Assembly: GCA_017654855.1 (NCBI GenBank)
Contig: CM030332.1
Span: forward strand, 3,534,001-3,598,000
Length of the DNA stretch: 64,000 nt
Source of the DNA: Podospora anserina
Lineage: Eukaryota
Direction of reading: 5' to 3'
Shown: piece after piece, positions 1 to 11,154 of the stretch
Layout of the letters: each line of letters opens with the position of its first letter
Numbering within the stretch: the stretch's first letter is position 1
Translations under genes and position numbers: made by a program
Notes under the pieces: generated by a model
Told to the model about the DNA's origin: nothing
The model's input: the letters and a program-made list of their open reading frames with translations, nothing else
Databases searched by the model: none

Positions 1-621
1 GCGGTTTCGATATGGGCGTCGTGGAGGGGTATCAAAAGGTTGATCGGTTAAGTAAGTGGTCGCGGGTGGGTGGTATATCGATTATAGTACTCGCTCGCTG
101 TTTCGTACAAAATGCGCAGTGTAAAAATGCCCAGAAATCCTGGTTGTCAAAGTTGCGAAAGAATCTTGTGGTCGAGAGAGAGCTCAGGAAGCTGGTCGTC
201 GCTTTATCGGACGCGTTGTTGCGCTTTTCGAGAATTCGAAAAGCGCGCCGCCGGACTTAAAGTGGCAGTCAAAGATGTCAGGGTTAGGGTCACTTACACG
301 CCTCACTTTTACCCTCTCTGGACAGACCGACCTATGCTTATGATGGTGGCACTGGTCATTTCCTTTACATATTTTCCATAACGTGCGCTTCATCATTCTG
401 CGGTTCTCTCTATTCTGAACTGAGCGTAACATACAAGTCACAGCTCGGTGCCTAAACGAAACCAAGCCATTCCCATTATTCTACTCGACAGAACTTTGGA
501 TTCCAGTCCAACGACCGTTCTGTCCAGATCAACCCCCCTCTATCATGTAATACAGTGCCAGAAAATACCCCAAAAAACTTCACATACACCCAAAAACTGC
601 CCTTCTCTCCATCCTCCAAAT

Positions 622-2046
622 CTACTCTCCGCTCCTGGGCGCAAACCCCAGCTTCTTCTCCTCAACATGAAACATGGTCCAGTGAGCCTTGAAGAAAACA
701 TTTCCATAAATGGCAAAAGGGAAGCCCCTCGAGCTCTGAACACCACCATAGCAGATGGTTGCAGTAGCAGGGTCATCCAAATCAGCCGGGGCAAAGTTGA
801 TCAGTTCACCGGGAATCACAGCCTTGTAGCTGCTAATGTACAGAGTAAGATCTGGCAAGGTGGAGTTGCAAGGGAAGACCCAGCCGCCGTAGATCTTGGA
901 GTCGTAAGCATTCGCAACCTGGCGGTAATAAGCCTGGACGATGGCCTCGGGAATCATAAGGAGAGTGGTGCCCGTGTCAGCAATGGCAGGGTGCTCGAGA
1001 GGAACGACAATGTCCGAGATGGCGCTGTTTGTGCCGTTGAACCCGGTGGAAAAGGCCGTGCCCTTGAACTTCCAGTAGCCGCTGGCGGCGTCGACGGGGA
1101 TCATGGTGAGGTTGCCGAGGTACTCGGTCTCGTCAATGAAGCCGAAGTTGTAGTTGCCCTCTGTTTCGTGGTTAGCAAGACAATCTGGCAAAGAGAGGGA
1201 CCAGGACATACCCGCTGCCTTGCGGATGTTGGCGGTGAAAAGGGGCATGGCCAGCGACTTCAAGGCGTTGTCAATGAACGTCTTCTGCTTGTTCGGGCGG
1301 ACCATGTTGATGGACTGGAAGCCAAGTCCCAAGATACCCGAGGAATGCTCATCGCGGGTGAAGGACGAGGAAACCTGGTTAGCGGTCTCTACCGCCTGAT
1401 TCTCCACCTTGATACCCCCCACGTCGACCGTGTCAAGGTAGACCTCGCCGGATGAACCACTGCCGTCACCATAACGGATGGACCAAGTGTGGTTCTGGAG
1501 CTTTTGTGCCGACGTGCTGTTGTCGATGTGGAACAACTTCTGTCCACCTTGCTGAGACACGGGCGTGTTGCTGCTGAACACCCACAGATCAGAGGATCCC
1601 GTGTCGAAGCAAAGGGGGAGCGTCTGAGGAGGGTTCCCAATATCCACCGGGGTCAAGTACTCGACGTCGAAGGGGATGGGAGTAGCAGTCACCTCTCCCT
1701 GCCCCGTGTTGTTGTTATAAGGTGCTGTGGCGTTGTCGGGAGCACGGGCGGACATTAACGACCTAGCCCGCAGGTCAAAGCCGATGTCCAAGAGAATCTG
1801 GCGCAGCACCATAAGAAGGGTCTCGGGAAGTTCGATATCGTATTTTTCGTAGACGGCAGCGAGGGCTCTGGGGCCTTTGCCGTGCTGGTTGAAATGTACA
1901 TTCTTGATCTGGGCGAGCTTGAATGAGCGGCCCTCGATGTTGCGAGACTTGACATCAGACGGATTCGCCTGGAGGACCTGAGGAGCAGCAGCAGCCTCAG
2001 ACGCAGTCAAGAGGGACACCGCAGCGACCGCAGCCCAGAACTTCAT
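622..2046 (-). CDS. Secreted pepsin-family (A1) aspartic protease, endothiapepsin/aspergillopepsin-like; one 51-nt intron (1161-1211)
   Basis: Signal peptide MKFWAAVAAVSLL; both catalytic motifs FDTGSSDLW and IADTGTT; IRYGDGS flap; C-terminal YGNVFFK...LGFA. The in-frame insert has GTATGT...GCTAAC...CAG splice signals. Confidence 0.95.
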   Translation of the reverse strand: MKFWAAVAAVSLLTASEAAAAPQVLQANPSDVKSRNIEGRSFKLAQIKNVHFNQHGKGPRALAAVYEKYDIELPETLLMVLRQILLDIGFDLRARSLMSARAPDNATAPYNNNTGQGEVTATPIPFDVEYLTPVDIGNPPQTLPLCFDTGSSDLWVFSSNTPVSQQGGQKLFHIDNSTSAQKLQNHTWSIRYGDGSGSSGEVYLDTVDVGGIKVENQAVETANQVSSSFTRDEHSSGILGLGFQSINMVRPNKQKTFIDNALKSLAMPLFTANIRKAAGMSWSLSLPDCLANHETEGNYNFGFIDETEYLGNLTMIPVDAASGYWKFKGTAFSTGFNGTNSAISDIVVPLEHPAIADTGTTLLMIPEAIVQAYYRQVANAYDSKIYGGWVFPCNSTLPDLTLYISSYKAVIPGELINFAPADLDDPATATICYGGVQSSRGFPFAIYGNVFFKAHWTMFHVEEKKLGFAPRSGE

Positions 2047-2070
2047 AATGAATGAATGAATGAATGAATG
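2047..2070. repeat. (AATG)6 microsatellite immediately 5' of the protease start codon
   Basis: aatgaatgaatgaatgaatgaatg read directly. Confidence 0.9.
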
Positions 2071-3508
2071 ACTATGCCGTCAAAGCAAAACCAAAAAGAG
2101 AACGAATGAACTGAAAACCAAAAGCAAGGGAAAAAAGAATGACGCGAGGGAGTGTGATATCCCTCGAGTGTGGTTGACGAGGGAAAACTAAGGAATGAGG
2201 TTCAAGTGAGTTCAACACTTGGCAAACAAAAAGACCAGTCTCGGTCGAGCGGTCATAGACTTATATTTAAAACCAAGGGCAGCCCGTGTTAGGTGCTCCT
2301 ATTTAAAACACAAAACCCCATACCGATCAACCGGAACGGATGGAATGCATTTCAACAAGGTCAAGAGACCAAGAGGCTGGTAGCACCACTCGGTGCTCCG
2401 CAAATGAGTCTCCATTCCTGATCTTCAACGGTTCGAAACCGCCAAAGTCGGTTTCTGCGGTTATCCCAATTTGCAGCGGTGGACCTTGGAGGAACACCTG
2501 CAGCAAACCGATCGCCCTCCAGGGACCTGTTTGGTGACCGCTAACGGTGTGGTACGACAGAAAATCGTTGGTGGTGAAAAGGGCCGCTCGCCAACCAGCA
2601 TGTCGGAATGCTGTCGCCCCCGTGAAATATCTCGGCCATAAAATTAAGTATATCCGGGTGACCTGCCACCAATCATCACTTGAGGGAGAAAAGCTTGTTT
2701 ATTTGAAACAAAAGAACTTGAAGACGAACAAGCTCCACCGTTCTCGCATTCAAGAATTGGCCGTCATCTGTTTGTTGGTGAGCCGGTACTCCCGAGTTGA
2801 ACGTCGATCGGAGGAGGGGTCTCTTCGGTTTTGCTGCCGTGGACCCTGCTCCGCCTCCGGGTCCCCTGCCGATCCGAAAATCATATAAAAAAGGGAGGCC
2901 GCAGAGCTGAAGAGGTAAGGTGTGTTTGTGTATATTACACAGCGTGTCGCAACCACGTGTGCGATGCATGGCCTCGGTGTCTTGACTGTTGTGTTTGGTA
3001 AATTTGCTAAGCTCGGGCTGGATGTTGGTTGGGTGGGAGAATGAAAAGTTTACACACACATAACCCTAACCCGTCAACTACTCAGTGTAAGAGCGCTGCC
3101 TAAAGTCAGACCAGTTGCCACCAACTGCCAGCTCAACCTTTGGATTGTGCGTGAATGCGCTCCGGCCGCCACTCATGTGAGCTTCCTTCAGGCCTAGCAG
3201 ATGACGCGGCAGCCTGACGAAAGCCTCTTTTCTGAACTCGGGCACGGAGGAAATAGTTGATGGTGAGCTGTCGCGAAATTCTGGCCGGTTCTGTCGTTTT
3301 CAGCCATACTTGACAGCTATTTCTAATCACGTCTCTATCTTCTCTTTCCTTCCACAGTCTCTCTTTCAGAACTCAAGGTTGTTAAGGTTCAGCCTCCGTC
3401 TCGAGCGAAGTCGTACACCCAACCATAAACTTCATTTCATGAACGCAAAAGAGCAAACTTCGCGTTGTGATTCAAAAAGGCCAAATCTCAGAAGAAAACC
3501 CGGAAAAG

Positions 3509-5128
3509 ATGGTTCGCGAACTCCCCAGGGAGATAGATTCCTGCATCGGCTCTTATACCCATCTTCGTGACTTTCCCCGCCAAGATGAAGCCCTTCACAT
3601 GCTCAAGCGGATCGCCTCCATTGTCAAGCCCATAATGAGAGCTCGACACTGGAAAGTAGGGCAACTATGCGAGTTTTACCCAGATCAGTACAACCTCCTC
3701 GGCCTAAACTACAACAGGGGGCAGCGAATCCTCCTCCGACTTCGATATGCCGGAGACAGGAATCAATTCTTGCCTTTTGAGCAAGTCATGGACACCATGC
3801 TCCACGAACTCTCTCACATCGTCCACGGTCCCCACGACCAGGTCTTTCATGCACTATGGAACCAGCTCAGAGAAGAACTGGAGGGTCTGTTTATGAAGGG
3901 TTACACAGGCGAGGGTTTCCTATCCAAGGGCCACAAGCTGGGCGGCCAAGTGCCATATTCCGAAATCCAACGCATAACTCGCATTGAAGCCGAAAGACGC
4001 AAGGCAGAAAAGGAAGCAAGCAAAAAGGAGGCCGGGCACAAACTAGGCGGCTCAAAGCCAGCCCCAGGTCGGAACATCAGGAACATCATCGCCGATACTG
4101 TCGAGCGACGAAACCGCACCGACAAGGGTTGTGGAAACGAGAACCGCAACGAGGAGGAAATCCGCCAAATATCCGAGACCTGGAGGCGAAACGGCTTCAA
4201 GACCCAAGCCGAGGAAGACGCAGCCAACGAAGCAGCCATTGCCCAAGCCCTCTGGGAACTCGTCCAAGAAGACGAAAAGCGGAAATACGGCAGCTCTTAC
4301 GTTCCACCGACAGCTGAAAATCCATACGGCAACGGCGGAGGAACTCTCATCAACGGCGAAGGCTCAAGCAGCAACACTTACCGCCCGCCACAACGACCAA
4401 ACAGCTACTATCCACCACAACAACAACCAAACACCACCACCACCACCTACCCCCCACCCTCTTCCCGCTCCCGTCCAACCTCAACCCCAGTATCCAAAGG
4501 CACAATAACAGAGTACTACTCCCCCCAACCAGCCCCCCGTCCCCCACTAATCGGCGACGGCTTCGCCGGTGGCCCGACATACTACCCACCCCCCCACCAA
4601 CCCGCCAGACCACCACCGCCAGTTCCCTTCACAACCCGGCCACCACCACCACCACCAGCTACCCCAATCATCCGAACCGTCTCCCCCCCTCCTCTCTCCG
4701 ACAAAGATGCCTACTGGGAGTGTCCAAGATGTACCTACCACAACTCCCTCCAACGCCCCCAAAACTGCGAGATGTGCGCTGCTCCCGGCCCGGCTCTTGA
4801 TCCTTCCTCTTCCAGACCACCCCGACCACAACAGCAACAAGAAGTAGTAGACCTCACCTCCTCCTCCAGCCCGCCCCTCCCACCCCGCAAGAGACACACG
4901 TCGCGCAGCAACCCCCCCGAGCAGCCAAACCCGCGAAGGAGCAGCAGGAACCCGTTTAGGAATAGCACATCCGCTTCGAGCAGTACGACCACCACCACCA
5001 AAAGGAACTCGAGTTCGGTGCCGTCAAAACTTCAACCGTCATATTGGGGGTGTTCGTACTGCGGGAACAGGATGGAAAGCCAGTGGTGGACTTGCAATGT
5101 CTGCGGGAAGATGAAGGATAAATCCTAA
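3509..5128 (+). CDS. WSS1: Wss1-like WLM metalloprotease (DNA-protein crosslink repair) with C-terminal Cys4 zinc fingers
   Basis: WLM signature KRIASIVKPIMR...LCEFYP...LLGLN..RG..I.LRLR; zinc motif HELSH...HGPH; GEGFLS.G..LGG; SIM-like VVDLT; WECPRC..CEMC and WGCSYC..WTCNVC fingers. First ATG is at 3509. Confidence 0.93.
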   Translation: MVRELPREIDSCIGSYTHLRDFPRQDEALHMLKRIASIVKPIMRARHWKVGQLCEFYPDQYNLLGLNYNRGQRILLRLRYAGDRNQFLPFEQVMDTMLHELSHIVHGPHDQVFHALWNQLREELEGLFMKGYTGEGFLSKGHKLGGQVPYSEIQRITRIEAERRKAEKEASKKEAGHKLGGSKPAPGRNIRNIIADTVERRNRTDKGCGNENRNEEEIRQISETWRRNGFKTQAEEDAANEAAIAQALWELVQEDEKRKYGSSYVPPTAENPYGNGGGTLINGEGSSSNTYRPPQRPNSYYPPQQQPNTTTTTYPPPSSRSRPTSTPVSKGTITEYYSPQPAPRPPLIGDGFAGGPTYYPPPHQPARPPPPVPFTTRPPPPPPATPIIRTVSPPPLSDKDAYWECPRCTYHNSLQRPQNCEMCAAPGPALDPSSSRPPRPQQQQEVVDLTSSSSPPLPPRKRHTSRSNPPEQPNPRRSSRNPFRNSTSASSSTTTTTKRNSSSVPSKLQPSYWGCSYCGNRMESQWWTCNVCGKMKDKS

Positions 5129-5520
5129 ACCAGCTGGCTAGCGGTGGATCGTAGGGGAGGGAGGGTGTTTTGGTACGTAGTAAGATATGACAAACCGGCT
5201 CAGCATCTAAAGGATAGACGTGGACAACAATGAATTAGTGTACTCGCTCAAATCATGACACATAACTTGCTAAAACGTGATAATACGATACGACATGGGT
5301 AAGGTTAGGTATGGCGATTTCCCGGGTATTATAAAAGATATGTACGTTACCCTGCTCTCTCTCCTCTCATTCCAACTATCACTCCCAGTTTGCAATGCAT
5401 ATAAATTCCCAACAAATAAAACAGGAATCCAAGAAACCCTTGCCATCCGCATTCCCAAGAATAAAAAAACCACCATCCTGACTACCAACGCCCTCCTCCC
5501 GGCATCTCATCCCCACACAT

Positions 5521-6239
5521 TCAAACATCCTTCTTCCCCTCCCCCCTCTCCTCCTCCTTCTCCTGCTCCTCATCCGAATCCATCACCTCGACCGGCTCCC
5601 CCCTCGCCACCCACGCCGCATAATCCTCCCTCTCCCTCTTCTCCGCATACCACTGCCCCGCCTGCAGCACCAACACCCCCACCAGCACAAACGCCAAAAT
5701 AGTATGACTCGCGCTCAGCACCCTCAAGCTCTCCTCCCTCGTCAGCTCCACCTCCCCCGTCAGCGGTCCGTTGTGAACAGCAAACTTCTCTCCGCCCTCA
5801 CCCTCTAGCTGCTCAGCGAGCGCATTCATTGGCGTGACTACGTTGGTGATGTACACCCCCGCAGCGATGAGATAGAGCAACAGGGAGCCGCCATCAAACA
5901 AAAAGTTGGACTCGGCGGCGCGGTAGAGCTTGGTGAAAAAACCGAGGAAGCCGACGGCGATGATCATGTGGAGGAGGCGGGAGATCAAAGGGGGGGCGGC
6001 GTGCATGAAGCGGAGGTGGGTTTCGATCTGGGAGATGTGGAGGGGGGTGATGGGGTTGGGGGACCAGAGGAGGGGGAAGTCGTAGGGGAAGGAGGCGAAG
6101 AGGATTCCTAAAAAGAAGCAGACCGCTGAGAGGGGGGGGGGGTTAGTTAGTATATGGTGGGTGGGAAAGGGGGGAGAGACAAACGGCCTATGATGAGAAA
6201 GGTCGCGAAGGAGCCGGAGCCGCGGTAGTTTTGGGACAT
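5521..6239 (-). CDS. SHR3: SHR3-like ER membrane chaperone for amino-acid permeases; intron 6126-6184
   Basis: Spliced product reads FATFLIIGPVCFFLGILFASFPYDFPLLW...KLYRAAESNFLFDGGSLLLY...LRVLSASHTILAFVLVGVLVLQAGQWYAE. Intron GTTTGT...CTAAC...CAG. An upstream in-frame ATG exists at 6266. Confidence 0.92.
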
Positions 6240-7043
6240 GGTGGTTTTATTGGGATCGAGTTTCATTTTGGCCGGTTCAGTGCCCCGTATGTGTGTGAGA
6301 GTTGAGGTTGAAGAGCAAGATGGGAGGTGGTCTCGGATTAAAAAGTTAGACAGGTTGCTCTCGCTGTGTTTTGTCTCGCGGGTGTTGTTGACGACCTTAA
6401 TTACACAAGCTCTGTGAATGTTCTGTACAGTTGAGATGACACGGCTGATATGTCGTCCCCCGCGCGCGCGCAAGTGTGAGGGTCTCTGTCGTGGTGATTG
6501 TTCAGCGGATGTTGTAGCAGCAAAAGAAGCTCGGATTCTTCACCAAAAAGAAGCTCCCGCCCGCGACAGGACCAAGCTTCCCGCTGTGCTGTGACATTGG
6601 CTTGGAACCCCACTCTTGCCGAGCTCTGGGGATGACGAAATGCCCGTGCCCGAGAGCTAGCTCAAAGTGGGGCATTGCTCGTTATCTTATCAATTACACG
6701 CTGACCAACACTTCCCATTTCATCTTCAGCTTCAACAATACCATGATTATTGTTGATAAGATGCGGGCGAGTGTTAGTTATGTTGGCCATGACATGGCAA
6801 GCTACTCAGGACACGCATTCATTCCTAATGCAATATCTACATAAAATTCCTAGTTATTGTCTTTGCTGTTGATCATTTCACATCAGGGAGCGTCTCACCA
6901 TCACAGGCGAGCGAACCACTATACGGTGTAATGGAGCGAAATTGTCTATTCTATCTGTAGGTAACGACTGACTCAACACCTTGTTGTTATCTTTACAAGC
7001 TCCACACCAAATATACCAAACCCTACCCCCTTACAGTCTCCAA

Positions 7044-8042
7044 CTAATACTCATCCCCCAACATCTTCATCCCATGCTCATTATACCTCTCCCCCACCAC
7101 CTCAAAAGTCTTCAACACCGTCTCAATCTCCCTCATATCCTCCTCGCCCAACTCCACCTCCACCGCATTCTCCCTCACCCTCTCCGGCTTCGACGCCCCC
7201 GGAATAGGGATAATCACCGGCATCCCCGGCCTCCTCGACAGAGCCAGCACCCAGTTAATCGCAATCTGCGCCGCCGTCAAACCCTTCCTCTCCGCCAACC
7301 TCTGCACCTCCTTGACCAGTTCCATGTTCTTCCCAAACACCTCCGGCTGAAACCTCGGCAGTCCCCGCCGGTAGTCACCCTCAGGGATATCCTCCCACCC
7401 CTTGATCTGGCCAGTCAACATCCCCCTCCCCAAAGGGCTATAAGCCAAAACCACAATCCCCAACTCCGCGCACGCCTCCAGAACCCCATTCTCCAACGGC
7501 TCCGTCTGCCACAAGCTCAACTCAACCTCCACACTCTCAATCTTTGCCACCTTTGCCGCGCGTCTGATCGTCGCGGCGCTGACCTCACTAAGGGAAATCC
7601 CACGGATATTCCCCTTTTCCACCTCCCTCTGCAGCGCAGCCACCGTGTCCTCGATCTCAACCTTGGGATCTCTTCTCGCTGGCTCGAACTGATCGATTAG
7701 CCCCTTGCCGCCAATCTGCTCGACAGAGCGCGCGACTGATTCGGCGACGCCGGCGGGGGAGCTGTCGACTTCAAAGGAAGGGGTGATGCAGCCTTTGATG
7801 TTGAGGAGGATCTTGTCCTTGTCCTGGGGGTATTGGGCGTAGTAGGCCTTGAGGAGGGTGAGGGAGTTGTGGGTGGGGGGGCCGTAGAATTCGCCGCCGT
7901 TGAGGTAGGTCATGTTGTTGAGGACGGCTTCGCGGATGGCGGCGATGGCTTCTTGGTTGGTGGCTGGCTGGGGGCGCCAGGTTAGGCCCATGAGGCCGAA
8001 GCCGATGTTGCCGATGGTTTTGCCTTGGATTGTGTGGGGCAT
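7044..8042 (-). CDS. Aldo-keto reductase, pyridoxal reductase-like
   Basis: IGFGLMGLTW, LNGGEFYG, GISLSEVSAATIRRA, VEVELSLW, AYSPLGRGMLTG, IPIPGAS. Intronless, 332 aa. Confidence 0.92.
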   Translation of the reverse strand: MPHTIQGKTIGNIGFGLMGLTWRPQPATNQEAIAAIREAVLNNMTYLNGGEFYGPPTHNSLTLLKAYYAQYPQDKDKILLNIKGCITPSFEVDSSPAGVAESVARSVEQIGGKGLIDQFEPARRDPKVEIEDTVAALQREVEKGNIRGISLSEVSAATIRRAAKVAKIESVEVELSLWQTEPLENGVLEACAELGIVVLAYSPLGRGMLTGQIKGWEDIPEGDYRRGLPRFQPEVFGKNMELVKEVQRLAERKGLTAAQIAINWVLALSRRPGMPVIIPIPGASKPERVRENAVEVELGEEDMREIETVLKTFEVVGERYNEHGMKMLGDEY

Positions 8043-8135
8043 TTTGGAGGGTGTGGTGTTGGAGATTGTGTTGTTGAGTATGGTTGAGGTGATGAGGGTG
8101 AGGGTAAGTGTTGAAGTTGAGCTGTCCTGAGATGC

Positions 8136-8174
8136 GTGTGTGTGTGTGTGTGTGAGTGTGTGTGAGAGAGAGAG
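8136..8174. repeat. (GT)n/(GA)n compound microsatellite upstream of the AKR gene
   Basis: Read directly. Confidence 0.85.
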
Positions 8175-9173
8175 CGTGATGGTTTGACAATCGTTCTTGG
8201 ATGTGTGTTGAGTTCAGGTATTTGTACTCTTCCCAAGCTCAAGTGGTGACAGCGTGTTGGTGCTCCTGTTTGCTGAATCGCTGGTGGTGACAGCGGAGAT
8301 AACAGGCCTCTGGATTGGTGAGCGGAATTTACAGCTCAAAGCCACCGGGACTTCGTTTTCCCCTGTCGGTTCCTTATTTCCACTCTTCAGTTTTCAAGGA
8401 CTCAAAAGGAATCTCCGTTAAACCCAGCGATTACTAAAGCTACAAACCGGACACAGGATGGAATGAAGCCTTTACTTCCTCATGGACAATGTACACACAG
8501 CTAGGCTAAGTCCAGGTGTGTCAATTATAGTTAACTAGCCAAGACCTGGAGCCGATTGAATGGCGGGGTGCGGCACTTAGATAAGAGGGGCTAACCACCT
8601 TGAAGCCTCTCGGCAATGAATGGACTTGGCATCGTGACAGCTTAAAAAGACGTCAAGTGAGGAGGATAATATCTTGTGTGACCTCACGATGTGTAGCTCA
8701 TGTGTGAGTAAGCATCTTATCATATCAGATCTCCGGGCCCGAGGGAAGATCAAAATGCTTAACTCCAGCACCAGCCAACCGCAAATAAGTGAGGCAAAGT
8801 CGCCCGGAGTTAGCATCACATGATTGACACAATGGCCGGTTCCACCGACTGACATTCTGGCAGGCAACTCGGATGCAGAATGACGCGACCGGGCTCCTTC
8901 CGGCAACAAAGGACCAGTTGGAGATAAAGCAGGCAAATCCAGGTTCGATTCTCCAACTTGTTAAATCCGCTCTGGCTGCCGGCCAAGGATCTAGAGCTTC
9001 TTTCAATGCATCGTTGCAAAAGTCGCAATATGGCGGCGCACTGACGCCACTGACTGTCCCTCCTGCATCTCTCTGTCCTGCACCTGCTGCGTTGCCCTTC
9101 GGTAAATTGTGCCGTGCCACTATAGACTCAGACTGCCTACTACAAAAGACCTTGCCCCGCGAAACATCGAATC

Positions 9174-10462
9174 ATGGCTCAACGAGCCGATACCTCGTCG
9201 TCACCCGCTGCGACGTCGCCTGCTGCTCCTCAACCCCTCTCTCGAGAAGGACGAACCCTTCCAAGTCGCCAGCCGTTGATGAGGAAGAAGTCAGCCCAGG
9301 ACCGGATCAATGAAATCCTAGAGGTCAGTGACCGTTGAATCTTCCAAAATCAGCTCAAGCCCCCGGGTTGTGGCCACCGATACACGAACTTTTGAAGGGT
9401 CTTCCCCACACGCGACCAACTCAAACACTTCCCCCCCCATCTTTCCACGCCGCCGCGATTTCAAGATCTTCTTTTCTCGTGACCACCGAATCTCGGGCGC
9501 CGGTCCGTCTTGTAATGGCGGCAATTTTTAGCTCCTCTACCAACAACATCTTTGGCAAAAGTGTTCGTAACTTGCTCTTTGCTCTTCAAGTCCGGGATGC
9601 TCGAAACGGGTGGATCAGTGTTGCGCGTTGTCAGTACCACCATAAACTCAACGAAACTAACATCTTTTAAATACTCAAGGGCGCTCGAGAACGCGCCGAA
9701 TCATATGGCCCGGACACGTCTCCCGGTAACCTCAGCCCACGGCTACAACCGCTGCTGGATTCATCGTTGCGCGGACTGAATTATCTTTCCACCAACGCTT
9801 CACCACGCACCGGTTCCCCGCGTCTGTCGCCGTCGATTCCGGAGGAGAATGGCGTCGGTAATATCGATGGCGCGGTGACAGCGCAGCCGCAACAGCAACA
9901 CATCCATTACTACAATGGCACGCAGACGAACCACTCGACGCGGAGGCGATCCACCCGACAGTCAGCCCAGGAGCAGGGCCGGTCGGCGTCGCAAGCTGAT
10001 GATGGGACGACGGGGAGAAGACATGGCGAAGAAGAAGAGGAAGGTGGTTGGAAGAAGACGTTGAAGTATTTCAGGAGCATAGAGCTCGAGAACAAGGGGA
10101 GTGTTGCGAGGGATCACTTGGCGTTGGAACGGACGTTCCTTGCCTGGTTGCGCACGTCATTGGCGTTTGCCTCGATTGGGATTGCGATTACTCAACTGTT
10201 TCGGCTGAACACTTCGTTGGCGGATGATGATCACCAGTCGTATACGCTGAGGCATTTGGGGAAGCCGCTGGGGTCGACGTTTTTGGCGGTTAGTATTTTG
10301 ATTTTGTTTTTGGGGTATAATCGGTATTTGGAGAGCCAGGCGTGGGTGATTAAGGGGAAGTTTCCGGCGAGTAGGGGGACGATCATCCTGGTGTCGTTTA
10401 TTGCCTTTGCGGTGACGGTGGCAAGTTTGGTTGTGGTTATTGCTGTGCAGGGGGATCATTGA
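9174..10462 (+). CDS. DUF202/YidH-family membrane protein (3 TM); predicted exon 9174-9323, 356-nt intron 9324-9679, exon 9680-10462
   Basis: ELENKGSVARDHLALERTFLAWLRTSLAFASIGIAITQLFRL is the DUF202 signature. The downstream ORF has no ATG. Splicing GTCAGT...ACTAAC...AAG joins DRINEILE to GARERAE in frame. Confidence 0.85.
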
Positions 10463-10872
10463 GGTTTATTATGGTGGGATTAAGTATGAGTGGTGACCCT
10501 GAGTTATGGCTGAAGGGGTGTTTTGATGTTGATAGCGTGGGTGAGAACCTTGAGGGTTGGGTGAGGTCATCGCTAGAGCTATGCATGGAGAATGAAAATA
10601 AGCTCATGAACGATGACTTGTCCTTACAAGCCCGAATAACCAATGTGAAACAAACTTGGAAAGACCAAATCATGATTAAAAGGATTTTGGTTTTTGACAA
10701 GAAAATATTACTTGCATGTCTTGCATGCTGCATCCGTTTGCATTCTCTTTCTCACAAGCAAGTTCCCACCAAACTTGAACCTGGATAAGCTCCCTCACCA
10801 CAAAATAGTAGACACGCAAAAAGTAAGTTAACCCCTATTATATTATGAACCGTACCTTAAAAACATCACAAT

Positions 10873-10995
10873 TAGGCCGTTAAAGATAGTTACTAAGCCT
10901 TTTCAATATTCCCGAAGGCCTGTTAACTATCTTTGAAGGCCTATAAACTGTCTTCAAAGGCCTACGGACCATCCTTGAAGGCATGTCAACCTACT
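10873..10995. repeat. Four degenerate 21-bp tandem units (10912-10995) plus one inverted copy (10873-10892)
   Basis: Units: ccgaaggcctgttaactatct / ttgaaggcctataaactgtct / tcaaaggcctacggaccatcc / ttgaaggcatgtcaacctact. 10873-10892 matches the reverse complement of 10924-10943 at 18 of 20 positions. Confidence 0.8.
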
Positions 10996-11154
10996 CATAG
11001 TGTCTTCAATTATTTTGTGGCATCCCACAGCCGGAGACCCACTCTCTCAACTTCAAGATCAACCTCCCTTCCTCCACCACCACCAGCATCACCACCAGCA
11101 CCACCACCACCAGCACGTTCAAATCTGAGAAAGACTGGTTAGTTCACTTCAAAA

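Noticed and set aside
448-1455. Long antisense ORFs (also 38398-39303, 39854-40663, 44564-45475, 63359-64000)
   Set aside because: They are shadows of codon-biased real genes on the opposite strand and carry no independent protein motifs.
2374-2447. tRNA-like element (GGTTCGAAACC plus an upstream hairpin)
   Set aside because: No acceptor stem or anticodon arm, and wrong spacing. Other GGTTCGA hits (8942, 29687) also lack cloverleaf pairing.
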